Source: Eledone cirrhosa
Lineage: Eukaryota
Assembly: GCA_964016885.1 (NCBI GenBank)
Contig: OZ024743.1
Span: forward strand, 237,398,001-237,462,000
DNA length: 64,000 nucleotides
Direction: 5' to 3'
Position numbers and translations under genes: made by a program. Below the pieces are notes generated by a model. That model ran no database searches. It saw only the letters and a list, made by a program, of their open reading frames with translations, and was not told where the DNA came from. This document shows, piece after piece, positions 36,777-49,939 of the stretch (within the stretch, counting starts at the first letter, position 1; every line of letters begins with the position of its first letter).

Positions 36777-37110
36777 AGGCACATGGCTTAGTGGTTAGAG
36801 CATTGGCCTTGCAATCGAAAGGTTGTGAGTTCAATTATCAGACCGGGTGATGTGTTGTTTCCTTGAGCAAGACACTTTATTTCACATTGCTCCAGTTTAC
36901 TCAGCTGTAGAAATGAGATGATAGGGACTGGGGTCCCTATCATTCCACTGCAAAGTGGTTGTGGAGGTGACACGACAAAAAAGCACCCAGCACTCACTGT
37001 AAATGAGGTTGGTGTTAGGAAGGGCATCCAGCTGTAGAAATCAAGCCAGAATCAGTTCCCGTCCCACCCTTGCAAGCAGGGAAAAGCGGACATAAAATGA
37101 AATGAAATGA
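36777..37110 (+). mobile_element. SINE family B full copy
   Basis: A/B boxes, core and RTE-type tail. Confidence 0.85.
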
Positions 37111-37214
37111 TAAAATGATATACACACTAAGCTTCTACAGTTTCTATTTACTAAATTTTAATCACTAGGTATTGATGTTTTTTTTTTTTTCATTTTTGTC
37201 ATTTTTACCCACAG

Positions 37215-37366
37215 GCCGTGCAATTCGACACCAGAATGACTATGCTACTGTCCTGCTTCTAGACAAACGCTACCAAAAACCAAGTATAGCTGCTAAACTA
37301 CCTGGCTGGATAAAAAAAGAGGTGAAGAACAAACAGTTTGGTCCAGCTGTTGCTGCTATTTCAAAG
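37215..37366 (+). CDS. DDX11: DDX11 exon M
   Basis: cacag|GC...AAG|gtaaa; [34 protein letters not shown]...[10 protein letters not shown]. Confidence 0.96.
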
Positions 37367-37514
37367 GTAAATTTCTTCGCACACAGTTCTTAGGTATCTT
37401 ATTTTATACAGAAAACAGTGTGTGTGTTTTATTCACAGTTGTACAAATAACATTACAAATGGTTATAATTCTTACAGAATGAAAATATAAACACAAATAA
37501 TATATGTAATGGTT

Positions 37515-37912
37515 TGTGATTTAGGCATAAGGCCAACATTTTGAAGGGGAGGGGAATGTTGATTAAATCGACCCAGTGCATTACTGATACTTTATTTTAC
37601 TGACCCCTGTAAAGATGAAAGGCAAAGCTAACCTCGGCAGGATTTGAACTTAGATCGTAAAGGGGCGTAACTCTATGCCATAAAGCATGTCTGATGCTTT
37701 ACCAACACTGCCAATCCACTTATAATAATTGTTTCTACTTTTGGCACCAGGCCAGCAATTATCCAGTGCATTACTGGTACTTTATTTTATCGACCCCTTA
37801 ATGATGAAAGGCAAAGTTAACCTCGGCGGGATTTGAACTCAGATCATAAAGGGAGGAAACTCTATGCTTCAAAGGATGGCGCCCGACCCTCTACCAATAC
37901 TGCCAATCCACA
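37515..37912 (-). mobile_element. Tandem pair of SINE family A
   Basis: Core repeated twice in reverse orientation. Confidence 0.8.
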
Positions 37913-38072
37913 ATTAATTATGGCTAGGAACCTCACTTAACGCATCAAAATATATGATGAAAGCGAGAGAAGAAAATAACCACCAAGTGCGATAATCAGT
38001 CACACATCACATCACAAGGGTCAATGGAGATTTTTGAAGCAAGCCAACATACTGGCAGCATTACTGCAGGTG

Positions 38073-38267
38073 ATGGCGAGGCTAAGGTACTGAAACAACG
38101 GGGCACCCTTACGGGCATCAGTTGACACCTCGGTATGGCGAGGCTAAGGTACTGAAACAGCCAAGTACCCTTACGGGCATCAGCTGACACCTCGGTATGG
38201 CGAGGTGATGGTGAAGCTAAGGTACTGAAACAGCCAAGTACCCTCACAGACATCAGCTAACACCTCA
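38073..38267. repeat. 62-bp GC-rich tandem repeat, 3 units
   Basis: atggcgaggctaaggtactgaaacagccaagtacccttacgggcatcagctgacacctcggt at 38073, 38135 and 38197. Confidence 0.85.
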
Positions 38268-38462
38268 TTAAGATGAGCCTCTAACAATGACAAGAACTTG
38301 AATGCCACAGGCTGTAAAAAATAGTCATTTGACAGTTCCTGGTATTGTGGTAGCTTATTGTGTTTAGAACATTTTATGGTTGAAGCATACCAGACACTAG
38401 AGCTAATTGATTTCATTGTTTCATGTTAACCCTTAACCAACCTTCACAAAGATACTCTTCTC

Positions 38463-38494
<32 letters not shown>

Positions 38495-39018
38495 CCTGTT
38501 TGTTGTTGTTACAGCTCACACCCATGCAGGTTTCACTGGCCTCCTATGAAATTGTATGACATAGGTTTCTTGGATGTTTTAATAATAGAAGCCCTAGTCT
38601 TCATGAAAAGATTTCCCCCTGTAAAGTGGTTGATGTTAGGAAGGGCATCTAGCCGTAGAAGTCTTACCAAACAAGGGGTTGGGAGGACCCTTCAGTTTGT
38701 GTCAAAAGAGACAACAACTCCCCTGCACTCAATATAACTGTATGTTAGTGGAATACAGACCCCTTGGCCTGTCTGAGAGGTCAGTGGTCCTGCTTCAGTA
38801 CTGACTGTTTATATAGACCTGTCCAACCCTTGCTAGCAGGGAAAGTGGATGGTAAATGGTGATTATATATATATCATCATCGTTTATCTATCAAAATTGG
38901 ATTGGTTAGAAGGGAATTGTCCCATTTGAGGCAAGATTGGTCGGGTGACTGTGTCTCACTCATATAGGACTGTCTGGCAGGTTTTCTATGGTTGGATGCC
39001 CTTCCTAACACCAACCAC

Positions 39019-39054
<36 letters not shown>

Positions 39055-39538
39055 TATAAGAGGGCGACTGCGACTTCTCTCTCTTTAAACAATTGCCGCT
39101 CCTTTCTCTCTCTCTATATATATATATAGATGAGGGTGACGTCGTAACTTTCTGTCATCTCGGAAACACACAGTCTTCTTTTCTCTCTATCTATGTACAT
39201 ATTTCTCACTTAGCATTCTTCCTCTCTATATAAAGAGAGCGCGACGTATGGACAGACAGACAGACAGCGCTCTTATAATATAGATTGTATATGTATGTGT
39301 GTATGATAGAACCATATAGTTACTTTCTACTTATGTTATACTGATTTACCTCCCTTGAGTTGAGTTCAAATTAAACATGGGAGGGCGGGCTTTAGGGATT
39401 AACCAGAGTAGAACAGAATGAAAGGGGTCCTAGGTTAAAGAAAGGTTGAGGACAATTGATGTAAAGGTATCTTTATTAACTCGTTATTATTGGTACAGTT
39501 ATTATAGTGTTGTTATGATGAGGAAGTGTGTATATTAA

Positions 39539-39746
39539 CCCTTTCACATTTACATTACTCTATATATACTATTGTATTTTCACAGTAAAGGGTTTATCTC
39601 ACATAATATCGAATCTATGAGATTTTGATGGTATTAATATTGAGAACAATACCTTAACATCAGTATAAGCAGATGGTTACAGCCAGTTTGAACAAAAAGA
39701 GGTGAGAGAATTCTGGCTGGATATGGCTGGTTTAAATACTAAAGGG
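39539..39746 (+). mobile_element. piggyBac-type MITE, intact
   Basis: TTAA on both sides; CCCTTT...AAAGGG termini. Confidence 0.85.
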
Positions 39747-39978
39747 TTAAGAGGACTCTTCAGTTGTGTTAAAGACGTGACATAATAAGCTTTTTATCTT
39801 GACACCTTCATGACCACCTTACAGGGTGGACTGGGCACGTTTTGTTGTAACTAACACAACCACTTCACAGTGAGGACTGGGGACTCAGGCAAGAAGGGGT
39901 GTAAAGGTATAGGTAATGGGTGGGGTGATTAAGGCATGGAAGGGGGAGGAGGATGGGAGATATGAGGTGCACACTAGA

Positions 39979-40188
39979 CCCTTTAGTATTTACATTACTC
40001 TATATATACTATTGTATTTTCGTGGTAAAGGCTTTACCTCACATAATATCTCACATAATATCGAATCTATTAGATTTTGATATTACTTATTTTGAGAACA
40101 ATACCTTAACATCAGTATAAGTGGCAGGTTACAGCTGGTTTGAACAGAAAGAGGTGAAAGATTTCTGGCCGATTTAAATGCTAAAGGG
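39979..40188 (+). mobile_element. piggyBac-type MITE, second copy
   Basis: CCCTTTAGTATTTA...TAAATGCTAAAGGG|TTAA. Confidence 0.8.
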
Positions 40189-40325
40189 TTAAACCTGTGT
40201 AAATGGGGAGGCAGATCTTCTGTATTACTGTATAATGCTAAAGATCTCACTCGATTGTCATCACCTTTGAGAGATGTTATCATACAAGGTCAGCATTTAT
40301 CACCTCATCCCAAGTCATTACTCTA

Positions 40326-42684
40326 TCTATATACTACTAAAACTCATTGATTACTTGCTTGTCTGTAATGTAGTACAGCCAAAAGAGTGCATAATGGGAA
40401 AATACTTTGTAAGGGCCCTGAAATGGGAATACAAATGGAATAAAATAAGTTTCGCTTAAATCGGAGCACGGGTTCCCGAGATATGGGGTTTTCTGGGTAC
40501 CTTCTGGGTATCTTCATAAATAGAGAGATAGTGGTTGTGAGAGAGTAGGTTTAAAGAGAGACATAGAGAGAGGGAGAGGGGACAGAGAAGGAGAATGGAA
40601 GCAAGAGAGAGCTGGTGGTGTTGTGTATATATATATGTGTGTGTATCTATGACCAGTGTATATAGATCACAGACACCCACATATATATATACACACACAT
40701 ATACATACACACACGTATATGTATGGGCCTCCCAGTTTCATTTCACATTTTATATATACATGTTTGGTGCAGTAGCATTTTATATATACATGATTGGTGC
40801 AGTAGCATCATTGTCGCTACAAAGGTAAAGGTGATGCACTAGATAGAGGAAACTATAGAGGTATAAAGCTGATGGACCAGGTCCTGAAAGTAAGAGAAAG
40901 AGTTATAGCACAGTTGATTAGGGACCGGGTGAAACTAGATGAGATGCAATTTGGGTTTGTACCAGGAAGAGGCACCACTGATGCCCTCTTCCTTGTGAGG
41001 CAGTTACAGGAAAAGTACCTAGCTAAAAGTAAGCCACTCTACCTGGCATTCGTCGATCTCGAGAAAGCCTTTGACAGAGTTCCACGTGCTGTAATCTGGA
41101 GGGCTCTTAGAAAACTAGGAGTAGATGAATGGCTTGTGAAAGCTGTACAAGCCATGTATAGGGGAGCAGTCAGCAAAGTTAGGATTAGCAATGAGTATAG
41201 CGAGGAATTTAGCGTACAGGTTGGTGTCCACCAGGGCTCTGTTCTTAGCCCTCTCCTGTTCATCATAGTCCTGCAGGCAATAACAGAGGAGTTTAAGACC
41301 GGGTGCCCATGGGAACTCCTGTATGCTGATGACCTCGCACTTATAGCTGAATCTATGGTAGAACTAGAGAAGAAATTCCAAACTTGGAAGCAGGGACTAG
41401 AAAGAAAGGGTCTCAAAGTCAACATGACAAAGACTAAGGTCCTTGTAAGTAGACGAGAAAACAGAACCCAGATCCCCTCAGGGAAATGGCCTTGCTCAGT
41501 ATATAGGAAAGGTGTAGGTAGGAACTCCATTCTCTGCCCCAAATGCAAACAATGGGTACACAAGAGATGTAGTGGGATCTCAGGAAGCTTAATTAAGAAT
41601 GTAGGCTTCACATGCAGCAGCTGTGCTGGGACAGCAAGCAGCAAACAGCCACAGGAAACAAGTACCACCAATCTCTGGGAGGGCTCTGTAGAAACAGTAG
41701 ACAGCTTCTGCTACCTAGGTGACCAAATTAGCAGCGGAGGTTGGTGTTCAGAAAGTACAATAACTAGGGTAAGAACGGGATAGAAGAAGTTCACGGAACT
41801 ACTGCCACTGCTAGCTGCAAAAGGCTTCTCCCTCAAAATGAAAGGCAGACTGTATAATGCGTGTATACGAACAGCAATGTTGCATGGTAGTGAGACCTGG
41901 GCGCTGAAGTTGGAAGACTTACGTAGATTAGAAAGAAACAAAGCCTGCATGCTCCGATGGATGTGTAATAGTAATATATGTGAACGACAAAGCATAAATG
42001 AATTGAGAGAGAGACTGAGCATAAGAGGAATCAAATGCTGTGTGCAGGAGAGGCGGTTGCGTTGGTATGGACATGTGATACGTATGAAGGATGACAGCTG
42101 CATTAAAAGGTGCAGAGCACTAGAAGTCAATGGAAACCGCTGAGTGGGGAGACCCAAGAAGACCTGGGATGAGGTGATAAAAGCCGACCTTACCCAATTA
42201 CACCTCTCAAAGGCGATGACACATGACCGTGACCTCTGGCGTCACGCAGTAATACAGAGTACCCGACCTCCCATGGGTACAAGCTGAAGCATATAGACAA
42301 TATGCCCCCACACCCTCCCACTGCAAGGTGGTCGTGGAGGTGCCACGGCAAAAAAACACCCAGCCCACACTGTAAAGTGGACGTGTAGGCGCCACGGAAA
42401 AAGCACCCACCACTCACTGTAAATGAGGTTGGAGTTAGGAAGGGCATCCAGCTGTAGAAATCAAGCCAAAATCAGTTCCTGTATGAGCAAGGCATGGTCA
42501 CCTGACCAGACACTGCCCACAACAGGACAACCCGTCTAACCCATGCTAGCATGGAAGAACGAATGAAAAACGGTGATGATGATGTTTGTGTATATTTTGT
42601 TTATTTAAAAATTATTTTTAAGTGAACATGATTTTTAAAAAACATTTTGAAATGAATTTGACCCCACGGGTCACTAGTGATCTA

Positions 42685-42685
<1 letters not shown>
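40326..42685 (+). mobile_element. Non-autonomous Helitron H1 carrying an inserted RTE
   Basis: A|TCTATATACTACTAAAAC 5' end; hairpin tgacccc-acg-ggtca then CTAG|T at 42682-42685. Confidence 0.8.
40806..42584 (+). mobile_element. 5'-truncated RTE LINE (RT domain, ORF 40872-41783)
   Basis: QFGFVPGRGTTDA, VDLEKAFDRVP, GVHQGSVLSP, LYADDL; premature stops; (GAT)n tail. Confidence 0.95.
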
Positions 42686-42725
<40 letters not shown>

Positions 42726-42871
42726 TATAACAGGTCACTGGTGGTCTAGTATTTACTAATATTGACCAGCAGCAATTAATTGCTTTTTTAAAAATACTTT
42801 TAATTGTTTGTTTATTATTATATTTAATTTTTTTACTTTTTATTGATTTTATTTATTTTTGTTATTTTCAG

Positions 42872-42907
42872 TTCTTTGCTTCTAAAACCAAAACTGTCCA
42901 GAAATGA
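42872..42907 (+). CDS. DDX11: DDX11 probable terminal coding exon N (FFASKTKTVQK*)
   Basis: Strong polypyrimidine tract plus ttcag| acceptor, phase 0, TGA at 42905-42907; FF..K terminus typical of DDX11. Confidence 0.75.
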   Translation, partial: FFASKTKTVQK

Positions 42908-42933
42908 ATCTTATTCAATTCTTTCTTTATATC

Positions 42934-43239
42934 AACACCATCACCACCACCACCACCACCATCACCACCACCATCATCATCACGACCACCACAATCATCA
43001 CCACCACCACCACCACCACCATCACCACCTCCATCACCACCATCACCACCACCATCATCATCACCACCACCACAACCACCATCACCATCATCATCACCAC
43101 CACCACCATCATCACCACCACCACCATCATCACCACCATCACCATCATCACCACCACCACCACCATCACCACCACCACCAGCACCATCATCATCACCATC
43201 ATCATCACCACCATAACCATCACCACCACCACTACCATC

Positions 43240-43290
<51 letters not shown>
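42934..43290 (+). repeat. (CAC/CAT)n tract in the DDX11 3' UTR
   Basis: About 120 triplets between the stop codon and AATAAA. Confidence 0.9.
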
Positions 43291-43292
<2 letters not shown>

Positions 43293-43354
43293 GTCTGACT
43301 TATTTGTTGCTGTGTTTTATCAGACGTTATAAAGTTTGAGTTTGTGTTTTGTTA

Positions 43355-43360
43355 AATAAA
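43355..43360 (+). terminator. Probable polyadenylation signal of DDX11
   Basis: First AATAAA seen after the stop and the CAY tract, followed by T-rich sequence. Confidence 0.55.
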
Positions 43361-43749
43361 AGTTTTGTTAAATTAATTTAGTTTATTATAATTTATTTTA
43401 ATTCACTTTGTTTTCTTGATGGGAGCATATCATGTTGGACCCTTCTTTGCCCACTTATTCCAAAGAGGGCTGTGATGGCAGAGTCCTCAAACACTCCTTC
43501 CAGCAGGTCCTGTCAGAAACAATCGTCTCCAACTGATCCGGCTGGATCGCCAAATAAGACCAGCGAAGTTTCATGGATGTTATCCAACCATCTTGCTCGG
43601 GGTCTACCCCTGGGTCTCCTGCCAGTTGGTTTTGCCCGTAAAATCTATCCAGTGATTCTTTCCTGAGATATTCTAACTACATACCCATAGTATCAGAGCT
43701 GTGATCTCTCAATTCAGAGAAGTAGTGGAAAGATATATCGAGAAATAAT

Positions 43750-43900
43750 CGACCCAGTACTAGACTGGTACATTTTTTTATCGACCTTAAAATGGATTAA
43801 AGGCGAAGTTGACTTCGGAGGGATTTGAACTCAGAGTCGTCGAAACAAATACAACAGCGCTATCTGTCCGACGTTCTGACCATTCTGCCAATTCATCGCC
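43750..43900 (-). mobile_element. SINE family A, diverged copy
   Basis: ggatttgaactcag B-box on the minus strand and a diverged core. Confidence 0.6.
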
Positions 43901-44119
43901 TGTTAATTATGGGGGATAACTCGACACCAAATTGTCTCCCCTGTTTGATTTTTTTCATTTTCCTAGTGTTTGTTTTCTCCACGTGTGTGTGATTTAATTG
44001 GCATAAACGTCTGTATAGAGCTAGTCGACCTTGATAGAAAAGTGGAAGTATCTAGTTCCGCCTATATACAGATAAAATTCCGTTATAACGAATTTTTTTT
44101 AATCCCCGAGATAATAGCA

Positions 44120-45955
44120 AGCAACCCTGACAGTAAGGTGTTCTAGAAATATGTACATTCAAAGCAGAGACCTCACTCTCCAGTTACTCTTCTTCAAAAG
44201 CCAGGTTACTGACGACCCCAAGGAATTTGCAGAACTCATTGCTGAATTCTATGCAGGCATTTTCACTATTGAAGACCAGAGTGTACCGTTTCCACCACCT
44301 CTGACATCGGATTCTATTACAACTATGGAATTTACACCTGCAATGCTGCGACGTCACCTTCAAAATAAACGCAACCATGCCTCTCCTTATCTTGATGGTG
44401 TTACGTACCTGCTTCTCAAACGTGGTGGGTACTTCCTTCTGCACCAGCTTTCACTCTTCTTTCAATTCTGTCTTAACAACGGTGCTACTCCAGAACAATG
44501 GAAAACTGCCAGTGTCATTGCTCTGTTCAAAAAGGGTGACTGCACGTCACCTGTCAACTATTGTCCAGTCAGTCTTACTAGCTGCATTGCCAAACTGATT
44601 GAATCCTGTGTCAGAGAAACACTCTGGAACTTCTGGAATTCTCACAGTCTTATCCGGCCCTCGCAATTTGGATTTATCCCTAACTCCAGCTGCTGTGATC
44701 AACTTATCGAGCTTCTTGAAGACATCACCCGGATCACTGATGGCAGCTCATGGGTGGATGTTGTTTACCTTGACTTTGCTAAAGCTTTTAATTCTGTGCC
44801 ACACAAAAGACTTATGGCAAAACTCTCTGCAATGGGTGTGAAAGATGATCTTTTTAACTGGTTGAAGTCCTTCATTCTCAGTCGAAGAGAGGTAGTCACG
44901 GTTCTAGGACAGCATTCCTCACCTTATGAGATGTCATCTGGTGTACCACAGGGATCTGTTCTTGGCCCCCTTTTGTTTGTGGCATATATTAATGACAATG
45001 ATGCCAACTTAAAGCATGCCACAGTACTGAAATATGCAGAGGACATCAAGCTGTACCTTGAGATAAAAAGGACAGATCTTGAACACTATAGATCTTTCCT
45101 GCAATCAGACCTGGACATGATGCAACAATGGATCACGGACTGGCAACTCAAGTTGGCTGTGGACAAGTGTACCATCATGCATTTTGGGAGGAAAAACCCA
45201 GTGTCCACATACACCCTCCACAACACTAATATCAAGAAATCTTCTTGTGAATGTGACATGGGCATTACTGTCAGCAGTGAATTGCATTGGACAAAGCACA
45301 TCTCTAAAATTGTCAAGAAGGCTGAGGGTGTCTTAGCATCACTGAACATCTATTTAAAGCTGTATATAACTATGTTGCGGCCACATTTAGAATTTGCATC
45401 ACCAGTCTGGAATCCCTATCTTGCTCAGAACATTGACCTCCTGGAAACTGTTCAGAGACGTGCAACCAATCGAATACCCCCCCCCCCCCCCCCCCCCCAT
45501 CAGGCATCAACCATACTTTGAACGCCTTGCTTCCCTGGGCATGGATACATTGAAGCTCCGATGTCTGGCATCTGACTTGGTAAACACTCACAAAATTATT
45601 AACCATTTTACCAATAACAACCCTGAGTACTTTTTTGATTTCCATGTGTCTAACACAAGTGGGCATGCCCACAAAGTCAGAAAACAGCAGCTCCCATGAC
45701 TTTTGGAAACATTTTTTCATGCTCAGAGTTGCTGAAGCATGGAACAAACTCCCTGCATCAGTTGTTAGCTGTCGAGACACTGCATCCTTTAAAACCTCCA
45801 TGGAACAACCTACCTGTATCAGTTGTTAGCTGCCGAGACACTGCATCCTTTAAAACCTCAATGGAACAAGCTACCTGCATCAGTTGTTAGCTGTCGAGAC
45901 ACTGCATCCTTTAAAACCTCCATGCTTCCTGAAATTAACCATCACTACACCTGAA
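44120..45955 (+). mobile_element. CR1-clade LINE, 5'-truncated RT (ORF 44151-45521), with a triplicated approximately 59-bp unit at the 3' end
   Basis: QFGF, VDVVYLDFAKAF, SGVPQGSVLGPLLF, KYAED (YADD altered), RPHLEFASPVWNP, LETVQRRAT. Confidence 0.92.
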
Positions 45956-45978
45956 CACCTGATATTCCCCCTGATAGA

Positions 45979-48900
45979 CCTGGTTGCCTTTCGATATGAT
46001 GGATGGACTACGGAATTCTCGAGAGTCTGAAAAAATCTGGACACTCAGTGACAATGCCAAAGATAAAGACAAATTCACCTCATGCTGCCAGACGAGAATG
46101 CAAGGACTCCTCCTCTTTATTTAGCCCGCGGACGGCTAACATAGCCCCATCCCCCTCACCCCTTCCTGCGCCCTGTCCTTCCCACCCACCAAACGCAATC
46201 CAAAACTTCAGAGTTGGTACCATGAATGTAGGTACCTTAAAAGGTCCCTCTAACGAGGTTGTAGAGGTGCTTGAATGTAAGGAGGTTGATGTTTGCTGTA
46301 TTCAAGAGACCAGGTGGAGAGGTGGGTCTGCTAGATTCATTGGGGGTAAAAAACGATGCTATAAGCTTTTCTGAGTGAGAAATGACAATGGGCTGGGTGG
46401 AGTAGGAATCATGCTAGCAGAAAAATGGGTAGATAAGATAATAGACGTAAATAGAGTGAACGACAGAATAATTAAAATAAGACTTGTCCTCAATAGAACT
46501 ACTGTGACAGTAATATCTGTGTATGCACCCCAACCCGGACTGCCTGGCATTATAAAAGACAGATTCTATGAGTCGTTAATGCTCATTACCTCCCAAATAA
46601 CCGACAGTGACTACATAATTATTGCTGGTGACCTAAATGGTCACGTTGGACAACACTGTGACGGCTATGACGGAATCCATGGAGGCTATGGGTTTGGTAC
46701 TAGAAATGAGGAAGGCTCCAGAATCCTGGAATTCTGTGACGCAAATAATCTAACTATCTGTAACACAAACTTCAAAAAACGAGACAATCACTTGATCACC
46801 TATAGATCAGGGGAACATGCCAGTCAGATAGATTATATCCTTACCAGAAGACGAGACAGAGTGTCTGTTGTAAACACTAAATCCCTCCCCTATGAAGAAT
46901 GCACCTCCCAACATAGCCTCATAGTCAGGACGAGACGTATTCGACAACAGAGGAGGACTATCCTTAGGAGAAAAATATGGAAGTTAAAGGACCCCACAGC
47001 CAGTAATAAATTTAAAAGCATATTACTTGATGCTTTTGACAGTAAGGAAGAGCAATTAGAGTCGTACAATATAGTGGAACAGTGGGAATTCCTGAAAGCT
47101 GAAGGTGACAGATGAAATCTGTGGCTGGAGCAGACCTATAGGCAGGAGCAGAGTAACTTGATGGTGGAACAGTAAGGTGGAGGAGTCGATCAAGGCCAAA
47201 AAGCAGGCTTGGAAAGTATGGCGGGATGGGGGAAGTAGAGAAGAATATCAAGTGGCCAGGAGGAAAGCTAGGAGACAAGTGTACTTTGCAAGAAGGGAAG
47301 CAGAGGAAAGAAAGTTCAAGCATGTTCTACAACGCGAGGACCAAAAACGTGAAGTGTTCAGGATTGCTAGACAATGTGTCAAGGAGAACCGTGATATTGT
47401 CGGGGAGAAGTGTGTCCGTAATGATGATGGTGTACTTGCCATCACTGACGCTGATAAGAAGGTTGCTTGGAAGTGTCACTACAAAAGGCTACTAAATGAG
47501 GAGAATAAATGGGAGAAAGACAGCCTCCCCCACATCTATCCTATAGAGGGACCAGCAGTGCAAGTTGAAGGTAGTAGAATAAGTAAGGCTATCAAAGATA
47601 TGAAGTCGGGCAAGGTGGCTGGGCCTTCAGAAATAGTTGCTGAAATGCTGAAAGCATCTGGAACGGTGGGACACACTATGGCCACCCGGATAGTAAACCA
47701 AGTTATACAGAATGGGGTCGTACCAAAGGACTGGCGTAGCAGCATCATCATTAACTGCTACAAGGATAGTGGAAACTATAGAGGCATTAAATTAATTGAC
47801 CAGGTCATGAAGGTCACAGAAAAAGTAATAGCGCAACTAATCAGAGAGCGAATTGATCTAGATGAAATGCAGTTCAGGTTTGTGTCAGGTAAAAGTACCA
47901 CAGATGCTCTTTTCATTGTACAACAACTACAGGAGACGTACCTAGCTAAAAGTAAACCCCTCTACTTAGCTTTTGTAGACCTGGAGAAAGCCTTTGACAG
48001 AGTCCCCCGCTCCATTATTTGGTGGGCTCTTAGAAAACTAGGTGTAGATGAATGGCTTGTGAGAGCTATACAAGCCATGTATAAAGAAACAGTCAGCAAG
48101 GTTAGAATTAACAACGAATATAGTGAAGAGTTTAGCATAAAAGTTGGTGTTCATCAGGGCTTCGTCCTTAGCCCCCTCCTATTTATTATCGCCCTCCAAG
48201 CTATAACGGAGGCGTTCAAGACCGGCTGCCCATGGGAACTTCTATACGCAGATGATCTAACCTTCATAGCTGAATCAATGGCTGAACTAGAGAAGAAATT
48301 CGAAACATGGAAGCATGGCCTAGAATCAAAAGCCTTAAAGTTAACTTGTCTAAGACTAAAGTCCTAATATGTAGGAAGGAAAATAGGGCACTGGTCCCAT
48401 CTGGGAAATGGCCATGCTCAGTGTGTAGGAAAGGAGTAGGCAGAAACTTCATTTTATGTCCCAAATGCAAAGTATGGGTGCATAAAAGATGTAGTGGGAT
48501 CACAGGTAAGCTAACTAAGAATATAGATTTTATATGTGGCCGGTGTTCTGGTACAATAAGTAGCAGCAAATGCCCACAGAATACTAGCTCATTCCATTGC
48601 CCAGATGGTTCTATAGAAATAGTGGAGACCTTCTGTTATCTGGGTGACAAAATCAGCAGTGGTGGAGGGTGCACTGAAAGTACTGTAGCTAGAGTCCGAA
48701 CGGGATGGAAAAAGTTCAGAGAGCTTATACCACTATTGGCCGCTAAAGGTTTCTCTCTAAAAATAAAAGGCAGGCTGTATGATGCCTGCATATGAACACC
48801 GATGTTACATGGCAGTGAGACCTGGGCATTCTGTGCAGAGGATCTACGCAGACTGGAGAGGAACGAAGCTTGCATGCTCCGTTGGATGTGTAATAGTAAT

Positions 48901-49587
48901 ATATGTGAACGGCAAAGCATAAATGAACTAAGTGAGAAATTAGGAATAAGAGGGATCAGATGCTGTTTACTCGAGAGAAGACTACGTTGGTATGGTCGCG
49001 TGATGCGCATGAAAGATGACAGCTGTATAAAAAAGTGCAGGGATATCAAAATAGACGGTAGCTACGGAGTAGACAGACCCAGAAAAACCTGGGACGACTT
49101 GATAAAATCCGACCCCACACACTTACACCTCTCCAAGACAATGTCACTGGACCAAGATCTTTGGCGCTACATAGTAATACAGAAGACCCGCCTTACCTAA
49201 GTACAAAGCGAAACCTACAGTCAGTAGGCACCGCTTAACCAAAATACACCCCTGTCCCACTAACCCTACCCCCACCGCCATCTACACCACCCCCTTTCGA
49301 TGTAAAGCTATGTTGGTACCACAACATCCAGTCCTAAATAAATGAGGTCGTGTAGGTGTCATGACAAAAAAACACACAGTCCACTCTGTAATGTGGCCGT
49401 GTAGGTAACACGGTAAAAACCTCCCAGTCCACTCTGTAAACGTGGTTGGTGTTAGGAAGGGCATCCAGCGGTAGAAAACCCGCCAGACAGTCCTGAGCAA
49501 GACAACCAATCTTGCCTCAAGTGGGACAATTCCCGTCCAAACCCATGCAAGCGTGGAAGATGGACATTAAACGATGATGATGATGAT
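45979..49587 (+). mobile_element. Near full-length RTE LINE with several stops and frameshifts
   Basis: APE (ORFs 46003, 46375), RT (47177), PHD-like finger (48307), C-terminus (48802), (GAT)n tail. Confidence 0.96.
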
Positions 49588-49599
49588 CATCATCATAAT

Positions 49600-49915
49600 C
49601 ATCATCATTTTACGTCCACTTTTCCCTGCTTGCAAGGGTGGGACAGGAACTGATACTGGCTTGATTTCTACAGCTGGATGCCCTTCCTAACACCAAGTGC
49701 TGGGTGGTTTTTGCCGTGACACCTCCACGACCACTTTGCAGTGGAATGATAGGGACCCCAGTCCCTATCATCTTATTTCTACAGCTGAGTAAACTGGAGC
49801 AATGTGAAATAAAGTGTCTTGCTCAAGGAAACAACACATCACCCGGTCTGAGAATTGAACTCACAACCTTTCGATTGCAAGGCCAATGCTCTAACCACTA
49901 AGCCATGTGCCTCCA
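49600..49915 (-). mobile_element. SINE family B copy
   Basis: Reverse complement of 36777-37110. Confidence 0.85.
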
Positions 49916-49939
49916 TGATGATTATTATTATTATTATTA

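Noticed and set aside
36777-36850. tRNA gene (also at other SINE heads)
   Set aside because: A/B boxes are present but there is no proper cloverleaf and the sequence runs into SINE core and tail
42843-43332. Poly-His or poly-Thr C-terminal extension of DDX11
   Set aside because: Out of frame with exon N, which stops at 42907; microsatellite artefact
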